Source: Camelus ferus
Lineage: Eukaryota
Direction: 5' to 3'
NCBI RefSeq assembly: GCF_009834535.1
Contig: NC_045697.1
Coordinates: 79,300,001-79,364,000 of the forward strand
Length of the DNA: 64,000 nucleotides
Shown here: positions 62,477-64,000 of the stretch, in pieces
How the letters are laid out: every line of letters begins with the position of its first letter
How positions within the stretch are numbered: the first letter of the stretch is position 1
Notes under the pieces: generated by a model
What the model was told of the DNA's origin: nothing
The model's database searches: none
Seen by the model: only the letters and a program-made list of their open reading frames with translations
Made by a program: the position numbers and the translations under genes

Positions 62477-64000
62477 CCACCAAGAAAACAATCAGATCTG
62501 CCCCCAGGGCCCCCACCTCCCCCTACCCCCGGCCGCCGCCGCCTCCTCCTCCCCTCCTGTGCCGCCCCCCTCTTCTCCCCCGCTTCTCCCTCCCTGGCTT
62601 ACTCTTTTCATTGCATTATCATCATTCATTTCTTTCTCTTGCTTCACCCACTTCCCCCCTCCCCTGGCCCTGCCATCCATCCTCCTCCTCCTCCCATCAC
62701 CCCCTCCTTCCTTTTCCCCCTTTATCTAATCAGCATAAAATGGTTCTAAAGCTCCTGTTGGAGCTCGAGGCTGCGGTCGGACTGCTGAAGCCGTGGCGGC
62801 GGCATCGGCTCAAGCTGCGGCTGTTGTCGCCGCCGCTGCCCATTGTGATTGGTGGCTCGCGCTCGGCTGGAGCGTGCCGCTAATTTATTAATGAATGGAG
62901 GTCGCGAGGCGCAGCTGGCCAATCAGGGCGCCCCGGACTCCAGGAGGCCTGCGAGCCACGCGCACCGGAGCCGCTCCCTTTCAGCAGCTCATTAGGGGCC
63001 GGGGCGCTGGGGGGCCGGTGGGGAGACCAGGGTGACCGCCCCCGCCTGGATCCTCGCGGCTGCACCCCCCCCCCCCCCCCGCCCAGCGCTCGCGCACGCA
63101 CAGCACCCGGCGCTGCCCGGCTTCCTAGCTCCCGGACGTTGGGATCCGAGGAATTAGTTAATGGGGGTCAGAATCCCGGGGAAAGCAGTTAGCCCTCTGG
63201 TGCTGCTGGATGCCTCTTGGCAAAGCTTCTTAAGAGCTGTATCAAATAGTAAACGATTTTAAAACGATTTTAAACTTATTCATTTGGTTAAAAGAGAAAT
63301 GGGGTGCGGGTGGCGAACTGTGGGCACATGGTGTTTAGGTTCCAGAGAGGCTGCCTTGGGAGGGGGAAGAGAGAGGACGCTGGAGGATTCATAGAGGCGT
63401 CTCCAGCCAGGGGAGATCGAGTGAGGGAGCAGCTGATGGGCTTTAAGAGGCTGTGATAATAAAAGCCCTCACATGTTAGAGCTGAAGTGGACCTCTCAGT
63501 TTACCTGTGGCAAACTGAGGCACCGGACACTGATACAGGTTTTTGGTTTGGATTTGGTTGGTTGGTTGGTTAACCCCAGTATATGGCTGGGCAGAACCGC
63601 AAGGAGGCTTCCTGCGTGGGTGGCAGCGAGCGGAGCAGGCGGAGCGGCGGACTTACAGCTCCCTGGAGCAAATGGGCTGCCCTGACATTTCCATGACCTC
63701 TGCTCCGCGCTGGGGGGCGTTGTAGGGACATGGGGCCCGTCCTCCCGATTCTCCAGGCTTTTCAATAGGAAAAAAGAGCTGAAGGGCTACTGGACCTCGC
63801 AGGGAACTTGTTCTGAATTGCTAGACAGCCTCCCTCCCTCTTCCCCCTCCCCCTCCCCGCTCACGCCCACCCTCTTGTCGCTGACTTCTTAGAGACAATC
63901 AGCCCCCAGAAGTGTGTGCTGGGCTGAGTGTTAGACGGTGTACGGTGCACGAGTAGCGAGGATGGATCTGGAATCCAGTAGATTGAAGAGGAGTCCCTTT

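Larger units (their letters stand above)
61000..63200. promoter_or_regulatory. CpG island over NEUROG2 CDS and promoter, with CCAAT boxes (62848-62852, 62919-62923), E-box CAGCTG (62912-62917) and an AT-rich homeodomain/POU-like site (62881-62896)
   Basis: Very high GC and CpG density; motifs read directly. Confidence 0.85.

Noticed and set aside
62057..62883. + strand ORFs up to 230 aa over the NEUROG2 promoter
   Set aside because: CpG-island artefacts, mostly without ATG starts; an antisense lncRNA cannot be shown from sequence alone.
63251..63275. Tandem aaacgatttta x2 upstream of NEUROG2
   Set aside because: A simple 11-bp slippage duplication; no evidence of function.

Overview
Mammalian genomic DNA, most likely camelid, judged from three tRNA-derived Vic-1-like SINEs. 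The + strand carries the last 11 coding exons of ALPK1 (alpha-kinase 1, the ADP-heptose sensor) at 5726-30223. All introns are GT-AG with consistent phases, giving 1153 codons plus a stop; the N-terminal exons lie upstream of the window. The - strand carries the complete NEUROG2 gene (CDS 60965-61783, 272 aa, one 5'UTR intron, TATA/CpG-island promoter), convergent with ALPK1. The rest is L1, L2, MIR, LTR and hAT repeats, microsatellites, and repeat-poor blocks that look like NEUROG2 3' enhancers. Best non-obvious findings: (1) a frameshifted SCAN-domain (ZSCAN-type) pseudogene relic antisense in an ALPK1 intron at about 25610-25921; (2) apparent loss of the last ALPK1 splice donor, with a read-through C-terminus, a fossil acceptor and an LTR-supplied poly(A) signal; (3) Phe at the position of human Y254, a ROSAH-syndrome residue; (4) a strong-Kozak in-frame ATG inside the NEUROG2 intron; (5) a TCF/octamer/SOX motif cluster in a CpG island 3' of NEUROG2. 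I found no wholly new biological system. Comparisons with human sequences and repeat-family names come from recall and need alignment or RepeatMasker confirmation.
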